Positions 1 to 9,748 of a stretch of 64,000 nucleotides of DNA are shown in pieces. Numbering within the stretch: position 1 is the first letter of the stretch; every line of letters begins with the position of its first letter. The stretch lies in IMG/VR virus record IMGVR_UViG_3300021519_000006, positions 35,939-99,938 of that record; one strand, 5' to 3'. This DNA is from a virus. The translations under genes and the position numbers were made by a program. The notes under the pieces are model-generated. The model did no database searches. It had not been told where the DNA came from and saw nothing but the letters and a program-made list of their open reading frames with translations.

Positions 1-26
1 ATTTAAGATCTTTAGGTACCTAAACC

Positions 27-1610
27 TTAAAAAAATGGCGAGGCGCTTACCTCAACCGTTGGCATAACCATATCCTGGGTTAGAGAACATGCAATGGCTA
101 AAGAGTCCACAAAGTCATCGTGAGCGTGAGCTTCATCCGGGGCAGCTACTAAGAAATTAGGCCCTTTGTATTGAACCTCTGCGTCAGTCATTTGCTGGAA
201 AAACTTCTTCCAAAGACGAAGTCGTCTGGTTTTAGCGTGAGCTGGCCAGGAAACCATTTGTCGTTGAATTAGGGATTGCAAGTGCTTCCACCGCTTAGAT
301 TGTTCTGAAGGGCTGGAGGTAATGGCGATAACTTCTGCTCTAGGCATTAGAACCTTTAGGCGACCAGCTACAGCATCACCAACTCCGTTAGAGTCAACTC
401 CTATAGCAAGTACGTCATAGTTACTCAAGAAGTTAACAATTTGGAAGTATTGCTCTTCCCAGTCATCTCCCTGAATTTCTAACCAGTTTAAAACTCTATG
501 ATCGTAATAACCAAACTCATCCGGCCTATCCCAGTCAACCCACACAACAGTTACAACTGTAGAATCGATCTTACGAGCGGGGTCAACACCAACTACAACT
601 GGAGAGCGATGCCAGCTTTTTACAATTTCTTGGGATGTATCACCTAGTTCTTCCATAATAGAAGAAGTAACAAACATACCGCGTTCTAGCAACCACTTGC
701 AGTTATAGGAAAGTTGGAACTCATCTGAGTCCTCTCCAATACGAAGCATTTCTTTTCTAATGAACTTCTCATAGTTAGGGTTGAACTTGGCTACGTCACG
801 CCAATCCCATTGGAAGTGGTTCTGACGTTTTCCACGTTCAGTCTGTCTACGCTTGTTTAGTTGAATAGCCCTATAAAAGTTGTTCTTAAAAGTTGTAGGT
901 GTTCCGGTCTTAACAATAGTAGCGTTGTAGTACGCACCCATAGGAGCAATAGACTTTGAAACTACAAAGTCATCTGCTTCTTGACACTCATCAATGATAA
1001 TTAGGTGGAAAGACTTAGATTCGATCTTAGCTCTTGGGTTAGCTGTCATCATCATAAGAGTTGACCCAGAGTTCTTAAGTTTGATGTTTCGTACAACTCC
1101 CGGAGTTTTTGTAGCCATATCGTCAATCTCAGGGTCACCAAGTACTTCTAGCGCTCGCTCTGAAGTCAATCGTGAAACTGTACGTCCGTACAGTGTTTCT
1201 ACCTGTGATTGAATAGGTGCAAACATTCCCACCCAAATTCCGTCTCCAAACTTACCTAGAAGATCTGGGTACATCTTTGCAAGGCGGGGAAGAATAACCA
1301 TAAGGGTTGCAACAGTATTTGCAATGGTTTCAGACTTACCCGACTGGCGAGAAGCTAACGCCGTTACCTCTTCACCGTCGTTAATAATTACAGACTCAAT
1401 AACTCGTCTTGCTAGAGGTTCTTGGTAGGCGTGAAGTTCGTGACCTACTAGGAGCTTCATAAACTCCATAATTTTATCTATCAATGCCAACACAAACTCT
1501 TTAGATAGTTCGTCTAGCTGTATCTCAGGGTTTTCGTCAGGCAGTTCTTCCGGGTCTTCGTATGCGGGATCTACGTCTAGCTCTTCGTATTGATCCTCTT
1601 CATAGCTCAC
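27..1610 (-). CDS. terL: terminase large subunit
   Basis: Walker A-like ASRQSGKS, Walker B LIIIDE, TGTP motif, RNase H-like nuclease domain (GVDPA...HDDFVDSLA). Confidence 0.92.
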   Translation of the reverse strand: MSYEEDQYEELDVDPAYEDPEELPDENPEIQLDELSKEFVLALIDKIMEFMKLLVGHELHAYQEPLARRVIESVIINDGEEVTALASRQSGKSETIANTVATLMVILPRLAKMYPDLLGKFGDGIWVGMFAPIQSQVETLYGRTVSRLTSERALEVLGDPEIDDMATKTPGVVRNIKLKNSGSTLMMMTANPRAKIESKSFHLIIIDECQEADDFVVSKSIAPMGAYYNATIVKTGTPTTFKNNFYRAIQLNKRRQTERGKRQNHFQWDWRDVAKFNPNYEKFIRKEMLRIGEDSDEFQLSYNCKWLLERGMFVTSSIMEELGDTSQEIVKSWHRSPVVVGVDPARKIDSTVVTVVWVDWDRPDEFGYYDHRVLNWLEIQGDDWEEQYFQIVNFLSNYDVLAIGVDSNGVGDAVAGRLKVLMPRAEVIAITSSPSEQSKRWKHLQSLIQRQMVSWPAHAKTRRLRLWKKFFQQMTDAEVQYKGPNFLVAAPDEAHAHDDFVDSLAIACSLTQDMVMPTVEVSASPFF

Positions 1611-1840
1611 TTAGTTGTTCTCCGAGTCAATGTTTCCGTAATCGTATGCAAAACTTCTGCGTGGACGCGTGCTTCTTCTAAAGCGGCCGCGCTATCGTGA
1701 CGTTGCCACTGAGCAAGGCTTCTACCTATTGTGTACATGGATTGTTCTGCCCAAGCAATAAGATCTCCCGCTGCAAGCATGCTTACGCGCTTTTCAATGC
1801 GAGATAGTTCCCGTTCTTTCTTATTCTTAAACTTAATCAT
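1607..1840 (-). CDS. hypothetical protein
   Basis: 77-aa ORF translationally coupled to terL. Confidence 0.65.
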   Translation of the reverse strand: MIKFKNKKERELSRIEKRVSMLAAGDLIAWAEQSMYTIGRSLAQWQRHDSAAALEEARVHAEVLHTITETLTRRTTK

Positions 1841-2130
1841 GAGTCCTCGTCTAGTACGCCGAATCTAACCGTATCCCAGTCAACTTCTGTTTGAGCCATT
1901 GCCCTTCCCCCAATAGCGTGGGTTAAAGCTTGGCTTTCTTCATACTGAGTCTTCCAACGACCTAATACTAGTCCAAGTCTGGTAAAGGGCAAACGTAAGG
2001 CAACCCCATCGCCACCGCGGTATGGAATATCAATTTCTTGTGTTTCTGCTTTTTCCCATAGTTCTTTAGGCTTTACCGGATAAACGATAGTGTGCCAATA
2101 AAAGGGACCAAAATCTTTTGGTTCCGCCAT
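1837..2130 (-). CDS. hypothetical protein
   Basis: 97-aa ORF in coupled leftward run. Confidence 0.65.
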   Translation of the reverse strand: MAEPKDFGPFYWHTIVYPVKPKELWEKAETQEIDIPYRGGDGVALRLPFTRLGLVLGRWKTQYEESQALTHAIGGRAMAQTEVDWDTVRFGVLDEDS

Positions 2131-2133
2131 GGA

Positions 2134-2397
2134 TTACTCTTCGCAGTCGTGCGAAAAAGTTTCGTGCTCCGCAAGTGTCATTTGGCAAATCTTACACGTA
2201 AACCAATTCAATGCTTGAAAATTATTTTGAGCGGTTCCACCTAACGGTATGGATTCTCCACCGCTATCTCCTTGTGGTTCATAATCAGAGATGATGGGCC
2301 CAGTTGCAAATAACTCTGGTGGGAAAGGTCCCTTGGGCGAGTGCGCTGTCGCTGGTACGGGGTGCCCTTGCCTCGTAGCGATGCGCTCAATTCTCAT
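2134..2397 (-). CDS. hypothetical protein with C-terminal CxxC...HxC metal-binding motif
   Basis: CKIC...HDC. Confidence 0.6.
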   Translation of the reverse strand: MRIERIATRQGHPVPATAHSPKGPFPPELFATGPIISDYEPQGDSGGESIPLGGTAQNNFQALNWFTCKICQMTLAEHETFSHDCEE

Positions 2398-2597
2398 TCT
2401 TCTACTGGTAACTCTTCTGCTGCAGGCTCTGTAACAACAACTTCAGGTGCTACCTCTACTACAACTTCAGGCTCAACTGCTTTCTTGCTAACCTTCTTTA
2501 CAGGCTCTACAACGGCCGCTGGAGCGATAACAGGTTCAACGAAGGGTACAGAAGGGGTTTTTCTCTTTGGTGCGTTCCACGGGGCTGCGTAGGCCAT
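2394..2597 (-). CDS. hypothetical low-complexity V/E/P-rich protein
   Basis: 67-aa ORF with GAGG SD, coupled to next gene. Confidence 0.55.
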   Translation of the reverse strand: MAYAAPWNAPKRKTPSVPFVEPVIAPAAVVEPVKKVSKKAVEPEVVVEVAPEVVVTEPAAEELPVEE

Positions 2598-2631
2598 GTG
2601 ATGATCCTCTCAAATAAATTGGGGTTGCGGG

Positions 2632-2661
2632 TTGTCTTACCCCTGTATTTACTGTTAGGGT
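2632..2661 (+). promoter_or_regulatory. putative sigma-A-type promoter for the transglycosylase gene
   Basis: TTGTCT-N18-TAGGGT with extended -10 TG in a divergent intergenic region. Confidence 0.35.
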
Positions 2662-2802
2662 AGTGGTCTATCCAAGAAATTGGGTAGCAAACCTCGAAGC
2701 AAAAAAGGTTGCAGACCAGCGCGGTAGACATAGACCGAGCTGCTCGGGTAAGGTGACAGATTACCAGGAGTTAGGGATGGCCTTCTAGACACAGGGGATG
2801 AC

Positions 2803-3336
2803 GTGCAATTTAATGTATATCAGAAATCAGCAATTGTAGTATTAGCGGCATACTTGCCCTTTATAACTAGCGCAGCTTTCGCCCAAGACGAGAGCCCAAC
2901 CGTTACCACCCAAGTACAACCTGTGAAGGTTGGACTAGACGCCTACGTAGGCGCCACAGAGCTCTCGCCAACAGAGTTGGTAGATCTGCTCCGTTTGGTT
3001 GGTTTTGAGGGTAAATCCTTAAAACTAGCCTGGGCCGTAACCATGAGGGAATCTAGAGGACACCCTCTCTCACACAACACCTCAAAGTATTCCGGAGACA
3101 ACTCCTATGGGTTGTTCCAAATTAACATGCTTGGGAGCCTCGGACCTGAACGTAGGGAGAAGTTTGGCATCAAGTCAAACTCACAACTACTTGATCCAGT
3201 AACCAATGCTAAGGCGGCGTTCTATATGAGCGCTAAAGGTACAGACTGGGGATCTTGGGGCCTTGGCCCCAATGCCTATGATGGTACCGCAGCAGAGCCG
3301 GCCGTAACCGTATGGCTGGTTGATTTTCCAAAGTAA
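2803..3336 (+). CDS. secreted lytic transglycosylase (SLT/lysozyme-like)
   Basis: signal peptide ending AFA; catalytic RES motif; YGLFQIN; NxxxA...WGSW. Confidence 0.85.
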   Translation: MQFNVYQKSAIVVLAAYLPFITSAAFAQDESPTVTTQVQPVKVGLDAYVGATELSPTELVDLLRLVGFEGKSLKLAWAVTMRESRGHPLSHNTSKYSGDNSYGLFQINMLGSLGPERREKFGIKSNSQLLDPVTNAKAAFYMSAKGTDWGSWGLGPNAYDGTAAEPAVTVWLVDFPK

Positions 3337-3340
3337 ATAG

Positions 3341-3366
3341 AAAAGGCCCCGAAAGGGGCCTTTTTT
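3341..3366. terminator. bidirectional intrinsic terminator
   Basis: AAAAGGCCCC-GAAA-GGGGCCTTTT between convergent genes. Confidence 0.9.
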
Positions 3367-3652
3367 ATTTCTTCTTAGCTCTACGTTTGTTTTCTTTGCC
3401 TACGTTCTTAGAGTGACTCATAGCTTGTAGGTTGGACATCTTGTCGTGACCTTTACGGCCTCCGTTGTCCTTATGATCTACGTCAGTGTCTTTAGATAGC
3501 TTGCCATGCTTGTCTTCATAGTCTGCACGAGCTTTATTCTTGGAAGTGGTGTGCCACTTTCCATCTTTACCCTTTGTCTTGTAAACATAAATAGGGCGGC
3601 CGCCATTAGCTGCAGAACCTTTATAAGGTCCAAACTTCTTGGTCTCAGCCAT
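3365..3652 (-). CDS. small HNH-motif protein
   Basis: DVDHKDN...SNLQAMSHSKN. Confidence 0.75.
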   Translation of the reverse strand: MAETKKFGPYKGSAANGGRPIYVYKTKGKDGKWHTTSKNKARADYEDKHGKLSKDTDVDHKDNGGRKGHDKMSNLQAMSHSKNVGKENKRRAKKK

Positions 3653-3845
3653 TCTTTTTATGCCAATCTTTAGTTGCTTTTACGCCTTGCTTAATAGTTT
3701 TGGCGCCAGCTTTCTTTGTAAGGTTAATCTTATCGTACTTGCCCTTGTTTCCGGCATGGTCAACAATTATCTCGCCCTTTTTGTTCTTCTTAATTGTGTG
3801 GCCTTCGCCAGCTACTTTAATAGTCTTAGCCATTAGCAGTCCCAC
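3645..3845 (-). CDS. small basic hypothetical protein
   Basis: Lys-rich ORF in coupled run; true start probably the internal Met (MAKTIK). Confidence 0.6.
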   Translation of the reverse strand: MGLLMAKTIKVAGEGHTIKKNKKGEIIVDHAGNKGKYDKINLTKKAGAKTIKQGVKATKDWHKKNG

Positions 3846-4102
3846 GCTCTACGTGCTTTATTTAAACGGCTGTCTGGATCTTTAGCTGCCTTAGGAAATT
3901 GCTTAGCTTGGCCAGCAGAACGTGCGCAATAAGACTTACGACGAGCAGCAGACTTTGGAGACTTAGCTGCTTCTTCCTTTTTAACAGGGGGTTTTAAATT
4001 GTGACCTTCTTTTTTAGCAGAAGCGCGACCCTTAGCATTGAGACCACCATTAGGGTTTTGACCTTCTTTACGTTGCCATGCTGCTGTTTTAGCCATGAAC
4101 AT
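3833..4102 (-). CDS. conserved small basic phage protein
   Basis: AWQRKEG.NP.GGLN.KGR...RRKSYCARS...SRLNKARRAWDC, a motif I recognise as common in aquatic phages. Confidence 0.7.
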   Translation of the reverse strand: MFMAKTAAWQRKEGQNPNGGLNAKGRASAKKEGHNLKPPVKKEEAAKSPKSAARRKSYCARSAGQAKQFPKAAKDPDSRLNKARRAWDC

Positions 4103-4266
4103 CTCCTAAGCATTTAGGACAAGGACGTACATCGTTTACCAAGCCGTATCGATATTCGGAGGAACCTGCTCCGTGAGGTGCTTTTGCTGAATGCACGGTT
4201 CTAGTGTTAGGAAGCTCTTCTGGAGTAGGTATCTGATGAACTGCTCCAATAGAAAACTCAAAGTTG

Positions 4267-4536
4267 TTATCCATCAATATCCTTTCGTTTAGGAACTTCG
4301 TTAAGTCCAGGCTTATCACAATTGTGAGTAAGTGCCATCTTGTCAATAGCTCTTTTTTGCTGGGCTCCACCGATCATTGTTTCGTATTTATTGCAATCTT
4401 GACAATGGTAGCCAAAAATATTTGTATTGTTAGGTCCTTCGCCCTCTTTTACAAAACGACGCACATCAGCGTTTGTAGGCTGTTGTGACGGCTTCTTAGG
4501 AGCACGTTTACGTGGGCGGCCAGGACTAGAGCGCAT
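4267..4536 (-). CDS. hypothetical protein, CxxC...HxC
   Basis: 89-aa ORF in coupled run. Confidence 0.55.
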   Translation of the reverse strand: MRSSPGRPRKRAPKKPSQQPTNADVRRFVKEGEGPNNTNIFGYHCQDCNKYETMIGGAQQKRAIDKMALTHNCDKPGLNEVPKRKDIDG

Positions 4537-4718
4537 TAGTTGCTTGACTCTCCGCTAGCGCCTCTTCCAGGCTTAGGGAGGGGCAAACCACGAGGTTCTG
4601 GGCTCTCGTACACTTGTTGAGTCATTGTTTCTCGGTATTCCCTAGCGTTATGCCGCAATGACTTGTAAGGATGCTCTTCGCCCCTATCAACTAGGAAGGA
4701 GTCAAAGTTTCTTGTCAT
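4536..4718 (-). CDS. hypothetical protein
   Basis: 60-aa ORF coupled on both sides. Confidence 0.55.
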   Translation of the reverse strand: MTRNFDSFLVDRGEEHPYKSLRHNAREYRETMTQQVYESPEPRGLPLPKPGRGASGESSN

Positions 4719-7693
4719 TTGTCTAGTGGCTTGCCAGTGTTTTCGCCAAGATCAAGAACACCTTCACGAGGCTCAGCAGTTTCCTTAATAGGCTTTGCTG
4801 CAAATTGTCCACGTGTTGGAACTCTAAGGTTCTTGTCTTCTTCACGAGATACTTCGCCGTGTGGAATATCTACAGCTTTGTCGGGGTTTGAATCGAAACG
4901 AACAGCAAGACCTGTTTCATCAGAACCAATTACGTGTCCCCCACCATGTTCTGGGTGAGTTATGCGAGTACCAGCTGCGTACATAGGAGTTTTTCCTGAA
5001 GTGCGAGAACGAGTTCCTCCTGAAGCTAATGCCGTTATGTCATCATCTTTTACTGTTTTAGCGAGTGAAGATTCTTTTTCAGTTAACTTATCGTTTTTCT
5101 TTACAACTTTACGAGGAGTTTGTGTTGGTGCGGGCGCAGAAGCTAAAGCTGCCATAGCCTGTTGGCGAGTAAACTGTTGGCTTACTTGCGAAGTCGGGGT
5201 ACCCAGTGTGCGAACAACTGCTGTATCCATAGCAGGAACAAAACTTTCACTTTCATCGTTAACTTTACCTGAGAACGGATTCTTACGTCCACCTTTTATG
5301 CTAACTCCGGATTCGTCTCCTGCATGTAATATAGGAAGTCCACGAAGATTTCTAACGGTAGTAGACTTTCCAGTTCCGCCTTCTGCAGTTGGCTTATCTA
5401 CCGTGTCTAAAGACACGCGAGCAGATTCTGAAGTTCCGGGAACAATTGCTCCTTTAAAACTAAGAAATTTCTTTTGTTTCTGTTTTTCAGTAAGTGGTGT
5501 TTTCTGCTTACCAGTAAGCGCGGGAGTGGAAGGAAAAGCTGCGCCTGGAGCTTGTGCAGGGGTAGGCTCAACTGGATCTGTGGATAGCCGTGTAATAGTG
5601 CCTTTCGTTGGCTTACCGCGGTGAACTTTAGATGCACCTGTAGGGTTAGCAAGTGTCTTAGCAATTTCTGCATGCTTAGCACGAGATAATGCTGAATCAC
5701 TTTGAGTAGGGGTTGCGGCACCAATTGTTGCAGCATTTTCTACTTCTCCTGTAGCCCAAGCTGCTCTTGCACGGCCAGTTGCTTGGTTTTGTGCAGAAGC
5801 TATTACGTTTGCACCTGTAGGCGCCCCACTACGGCTGCGTTTGTTTCGAGTATCAAGACCGTAAGTTTCTGTCTCCCCAGCAATAGCATTTTGTTTATCT
5901 GCTTCAGCACGGTTTGCCAAACGATCTTTTGTAGCCATCTTAGGGCTAATACGCTTGTACTTGTTAATGTGCTCTACTACGGTGTCAGCTGCATGCACGA
6001 TGTCTTTTGGAAGTTTGTTCTCAGTCCATACGTGGCGGGTGGTTCCGTCTTCAGCTCTGCGCTGTGTTCTAGTCCAACCTTCAAATCCACTTAGTGGACG
6101 AGTTTCACCAGCTGTGTAGTCTGATCCGGGAGCATTAGAAGTTACAAGTTCTCCAGAACCCTTAGGCAATTCATTTGTGCTGCGCTTAAAAGTATGACCA
6201 ATAGGTACTGGACGTTCTTCGTTAACGCCGTTAACTTTGTTTCCTGTTTCAAATGTATCGGTTGCACCAATGCCACCATTTTCATGGCTAAATGTATATT
6301 CTTTGCCTGAGCCAATACGTCCCTCTTCAAAACGCTTCTTCCCCATAACAAGGTCATGTACACCTAGAAGGCCTTCGCCCTTAAGGTTTTTAGCTGCGTT
6401 TTCTTTTACTCCGCCGTGAACAATCACGCGAGCACGGGTACGTGCCTCGGACATATGACCTTCAGACTTAAACTTAGGGTCATTAAGATCAGTACCGGCT
6501 AAGTTAGCTTCTTTAGCTAATACGTCTGGATGTTCGTATTCAAAATCACTTGCGTCTGGGGCGTTGTCAAAACGCTTTTGAGCATTTGCAGCAGCACGGT
6601 ATGCTTTTCCGGCAGGACGGTTAGTTCCTTCAGAAACCATGTTTTGTCCAGTAATGTTGTGAGGTCCTGGGTTAGGTCCTCGTTGCGCACGAGTTGCAGC
6701 CGCAGCCTCTACTTCAGAACGATCTGCGGGCTTTCCTTGCCAGTCTGTATTTGATTTTACAAACTTACGGTTTTGTCCACCTTCTTTTGCATCTGCAGCA
6801 ACAGTTAACCCTGCACGAACTTCGCTATCTTCATCTTCTGATAAATGGGTTACTTTTCCACGCTTACCGCGAGTACCCATCTTATCGGCTTTACTATCCC
6901 AAACATATTGTGTAGAAGGTTTAGGCACATTAGGTGCAACCTTTTCAGAACGTGCGCCCTTTTCGGCCTTAGTCTTTATAGCATCAATTCTTCCAGCTGT
7001 AGATGTCTCTCTATCTGTAGCCTCAGCAAGTTGCCCACGAACACTGGCAATTTGTTTATCATCTACTGTAAGTCCACCCTTTCCAGCTCTCTTTAACTTC
7101 TTGCCACTTTTTATTTTGCTGGCTTTATCGGCCTCAGCTGTAGCTAATGCAAGTGATAGGTCTGAAGATGAGAAGGGTTTACGTTCAGATTCTTCTTTAG
7201 TTTTAGGACCCATAAATTGAGGTCCTTTTACGCGCCGGTCTATTTCAGACAAAGGCTCTGTGTTTTGCCCGTACTTTTTTTGATTATCTTTTTTTCTTGC
7301 AGCGTAAGCATTTAATACTTTATCTTTATCTGGTTCAGCTGGATATTTTGGAGTAGGGCCAGCTGCTTTGCGAGCTTTTTCTGCAGCAAGCTCTTGATCT
7401 GATACGTGAAATTCATCTACTCTAGATCCTGCGGGTGCTGGACGTCCACCGTATGTAGGTGTAGGTGCAGGAGGAGGAGTTGTATCTACACGCGGTGCTG
7501 CGTTCATTAATATAGGCTTACCTTTAACCGGCTTTGCTTGTGCAGGTTTTTCTTTTGGCCCAATAAATGGTTCCGGTTGTTTCTTTACACGCAGTAACTT
7601 TGGTTTTGTTTTTAAATCATTATGCGCAGTGGCAACAGCGCGGTCAACATCTTCTTGACCAAAATCATTTACGTAATCTTTAATTGTAGCCAT
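4715..7693 (-). CDS. large basic low-complexity protein, possibly an internal virion protein
   Basis: 992-aa ORF rich in K/A/G/P/T; SH3-like C-terminal motif GTRITHPEHGGGHV. Confidence 0.75.
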   Translation of the reverse strand: MATIKDYVNDFGQEDVDRAVATAHNDLKTKPKLLRVKKQPEPFIGPKEKPAQAKPVKGKPILMNAAPRVDTTPPPAPTPTYGGRPAPAGSRVDEFHVSDQELAAEKARKAAGPTPKYPAEPDKDKVLNAYAARKKDNQKKYGQNTEPLSEIDRRVKGPQFMGPKTKEESERKPFSSSDLSLALATAEADKASKIKSGKKLKRAGKGGLTVDDKQIASVRGQLAEATDRETSTAGRIDAIKTKAEKGARSEKVAPNVPKPSTQYVWDSKADKMGTRGKRGKVTHLSEDEDSEVRAGLTVAADAKEGGQNRKFVKSNTDWQGKPADRSEVEAAAATRAQRGPNPGPHNITGQNMVSEGTNRPAGKAYRAAANAQKRFDNAPDASDFEYEHPDVLAKEANLAGTDLNDPKFKSEGHMSEARTRARVIVHGGVKENAAKNLKGEGLLGVHDLVMGKKRFEEGRIGSGKEYTFSHENGGIGATDTFETGNKVNGVNEERPVPIGHTFKRSTNELPKGSGELVTSNAPGSDYTAGETRPLSGFEGWTRTQRRAEDGTTRHVWTENKLPKDIVHAADTVVEHINKYKRISPKMATKDRLANRAEADKQNAIAGETETYGLDTRNKRSRSGAPTGANVIASAQNQATGRARAAWATGEVENAATIGAATPTQSDSALSRAKHAEIAKTLANPTGASKVHRGKPTKGTITRLSTDPVEPTPAQAPGAAFPSTPALTGKQKTPLTEKQKQKKFLSFKGAIVPGTSESARVSLDTVDKPTAEGGTGKSTTVRNLRGLPILHAGDESGVSIKGGRKNPFSGKVNDESESFVPAMDTAVVRTLGTPTSQVSQQFTRQQAMAALASAPAPTQTPRKVVKKNDKLTEKESSLAKTVKDDDITALASGGTRSRTSGKTPMYAAGTRITHPEHGGGHVIGSDETGLAVRFDSNPDKAVDIPHGEVSREEDKNLRVPTRGQFAAKPIKETAEPREGVLDLGENTGKPLDK

Positions 7694-8382
7694 TATGAAT
7701 TTCCTCCATTATTACCGGGTGGCGTTACTTTTAAACGTCGTCCGCTTGCTCCGAATTGTTTTAAATAAGATTCTTGATTTCCACCTGAGGCTACGTGTGA
7801 ACCGAAGTCTGCTGTCATTTTTGGGCTGATGCCTAGTTCAGGACCGTTCTCTCCGCCAGTTGCGTGATCAAAATTAATATGTCCACCTTTAATAGCCGCT
7901 ACCGTCGCAGCAATAGTTCCTCCACGGCCGCCCCCACCGCCACGGTTTTTTCCACCGGTTGTGCGTTTTTTATCTGGATTAGACGCATGCGCAGTGTTAC
8001 CAAGCTTTTGAAAAGTTGCGCTTGATTGTCCTACGCGTACGCCAGAAAGAACTTTAGAAATTGGTAGTCCGTGATTAGGGTTTGCAATAGGCGCACCTGT
8101 TTTAGGATCGGTAGCTTTTTCAGTAACGTTTCCTTGATCATCCATTTTGTCGCCAACTTGATAGGTAGCCATAAACTCTGCGTGCTTCTTTGCGTGCTTT
8201 ACTTCGTTACCTGCTTTTTGATCAGCAGTCCACACTTGTGCTTTAGATTGCATTTCAAGATTATTAAGTCGTTCGACGTTAGCACGACGACCTGCAAATA
8301 GGGCGAGAACCGGATTTAAGGCTCGACCGCCACTTAAATTAGAATTGGCTTGTGGAATATTCCAATTTTGTACGCCTGGCAT
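7693..8382 (-). CDS. Gly-rich hypothetical protein
   Basis: 229-aa ORF coupled to the 992-aa gene. Confidence 0.7.
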   Translation of the reverse strand: MPGVQNWNIPQANSNLSGGRALNPVLALFAGRRANVERLNNLEMQSKAQVWTADQKAGNEVKHAKKHAEFMATYQVGDKMDDQGNVTEKATDPKTGAPIANPNHGLPISKVLSGVRVGQSSATFQKLGNTAHASNPDKKRTTGGKNRGGGGGRGGTIAATVAAIKGGHINFDHATGGENGPELGISPKMTADFGSHVASGGNQESYLKQFGASGRRLKVTPPGNNGGNS

Positions 8383-8398
8383 TTATATATCCGTTCTT

Positions 8399-8584
8399 CT
8401 AATCTTGCGATATGTCCAAAAGTTTAGCAACCGCCCCACGTTCTGTAAGGGCTTGAGCGTTTTTATTGTAGTGATGGTGACAAAAGGCCAATTCCCCAGT
8501 TTTAAGGAGGACAACCGCATATGCTCTAGCAGAGCACTGGTCACATTGAACCCGTCCCGCCGCCGTCTCCAGAGCCTGCTCCAT
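8399..8584 (-). CDS. small Zn-binding protein of an actinobacterial type
   Basis: CDQC-ARAY...ELAFCHHH; start reassigned to MEQALE. Confidence 0.65.
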   Translation of the reverse strand: MEQALETAAGRVQCDQCSARAYAVVLLKTGELAFCHHHYNKNAQALTERGAVAKLLDISQD

Positions 8585-8837
8585 CTGAACCGTTTCCAGT
8601 ACCACTGTAGTCTCCTTCGCCGTAATTGTTTTGAGCTGTTTGGTTAGAGTTATTATCGTCATGATCATGGTCACCATCACCATATCCAATACCGGGGTAT
8701 CCATTGGATCCGCCAAAACCTATGCCGTAATAGTAGGCATACCAGGGAAGACCCGTAACTGGGTGGCGTTTGTGTCGGTCGGCAGTTCTGTAGCCATCAA
8801 CATTTGTAAAATCAAATTCTTGATGTTCTTTGGCCAT
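8541..8837 (-). CDS. hypothetical protein with G/D/N-rich tail
   Basis: 98-aa ORF with GAGG SD. Confidence 0.55.
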   Translation of the reverse strand: MAKEHQEFDFTNVDGYRTADRHKRHPVTGLPWYAYYYGIGFGGSNGYPGIGYGDGDHDHDDNNSNQTAQNNYGEGDYSGTGNGSDGAGSGDGGGTGSM

Positions 8838-8937
8838 ACGGCAATCCTCTCACTATTGTGTTCCATATAAATGCCAAAACCCCCTGCCACGTATTCGCCG
8901 TAGAAACAGGGGGCCTTGCGCTATTTAGTTGTAAGAC

Positions 8938-9699
8938 TTAGTAGTCGTATACGTTTAGGTAGCGAACGTGGATGTTAGTTCCTTCGTCCTTAATAGAGCC
9001 TGGTGCGTTCCAGAAACGTTGTAGAGTGATTACGTTTTCTGAGTCTGGTCCTTGCCATACGTTTCCAGCTGCATAATCATCAAGATTAAGTTCATCTGCT
9101 GTTTCAAACTCAATCCAGCTGTCATTTCCGTCAGCGTTTACCTGTGTAATTGTGATTAGGTCTCCAAAGTCATAAAGGTTGTTGTCAACCCAGACCTTGT
9201 CTCCAGCCTTAAGTCCTACAAGAGCTGCATCGTTATCCCAATAATCACTATCACTAGCCCAGACACGAACAGTTTTTCCTGTTGACTCAATGTAGTTAAT
9301 ATCAATGTTGTGGCCGATTGCAAACAGGTCAAGGTTTAACTTGTCAAGTTCGTAACTTGCTTCACCAAGAGTCTTACCAATTAAGTTAGGAACTACTTGC
9401 TCTAGCTCTGGATCTTCGTCGCCAGCATAGTTAGGAATATAAGCTGGGAAGTTTGAATAACCAAGAGTTGCAATTGTGTGGCTATCTGCTGGTGCTTTAA
9501 CTTCTAGGTTATTAAGTTCTAGATTGTAATCTGCTGTACGAAGAGTATCGCTTGTATACTTCCATGCGGCGCTCCAACCTACATCTTGAACCTGAGGGAT
9601 CGAGATGTATTGATCTGTACGGTCGTCATCAGGCTGCATAGGCATGTTACCCCAGACGAAGTCAACTTGGACATTGTCCAGGTCATCTCTATGTGTCAT
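8938..9699 (-). CDS. PASTA-domain protein, paralogue 1 (PASTA split by an insertion)
   Basis: N-motif DDLDNVQVDFVWGNMPMQP; VVPNLIGKTLGEA PASTA start; C-terminal PASTA-like strands after an insertion. Confidence 0.7.
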   Translation of the reverse strand: MTHRDDLDNVQVDFVWGNMPMQPDDDRTDQYISIPQVQDVGWSAAWKYTSDTLRTADYNLELNNLEVKAPADSHTIATLGYSNFPAYIPNYAGDEDPELEQVVPNLIGKTLGEASYELDKLNLDLFAIGHNIDINYIESTGKTVRVWASDSDYWDNDAALVGLKAGDKVWVDNNLYDFGDLITITQVNADGNDSWIEFETADELNLDDYAAGNVWQGPDSENVITLQRFWNAPGSIKDEGTNIHVRYLNVYDY

Positions 9700-9748
9700 T
9701 ATGTTTCCTATCTATAGATTGGTTAAGACCCTTACGTCTAAGGGAATA

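Noticed and set aside
1487-1497. CCAACACAAAC copy within terL as a functional member of the array
   Set aside because: Isolated, antisense to its gene and followed by T rather than A; may be chance. It weakens a strict co-orientation claim.
2682-2720. c-di-GMP-I riboswitch (GCAAACC...GG.GCA resemblance)
   Set aside because: Lacks the GNRA-capped P2 and a recognisable P3/receptor; the resemblance is only a few bases.
4719-7096. Several plus-strand ORFs up to 220 aa
   Set aside because: Fully antisense to the 992-aa gene, with no SD or protein motifs.
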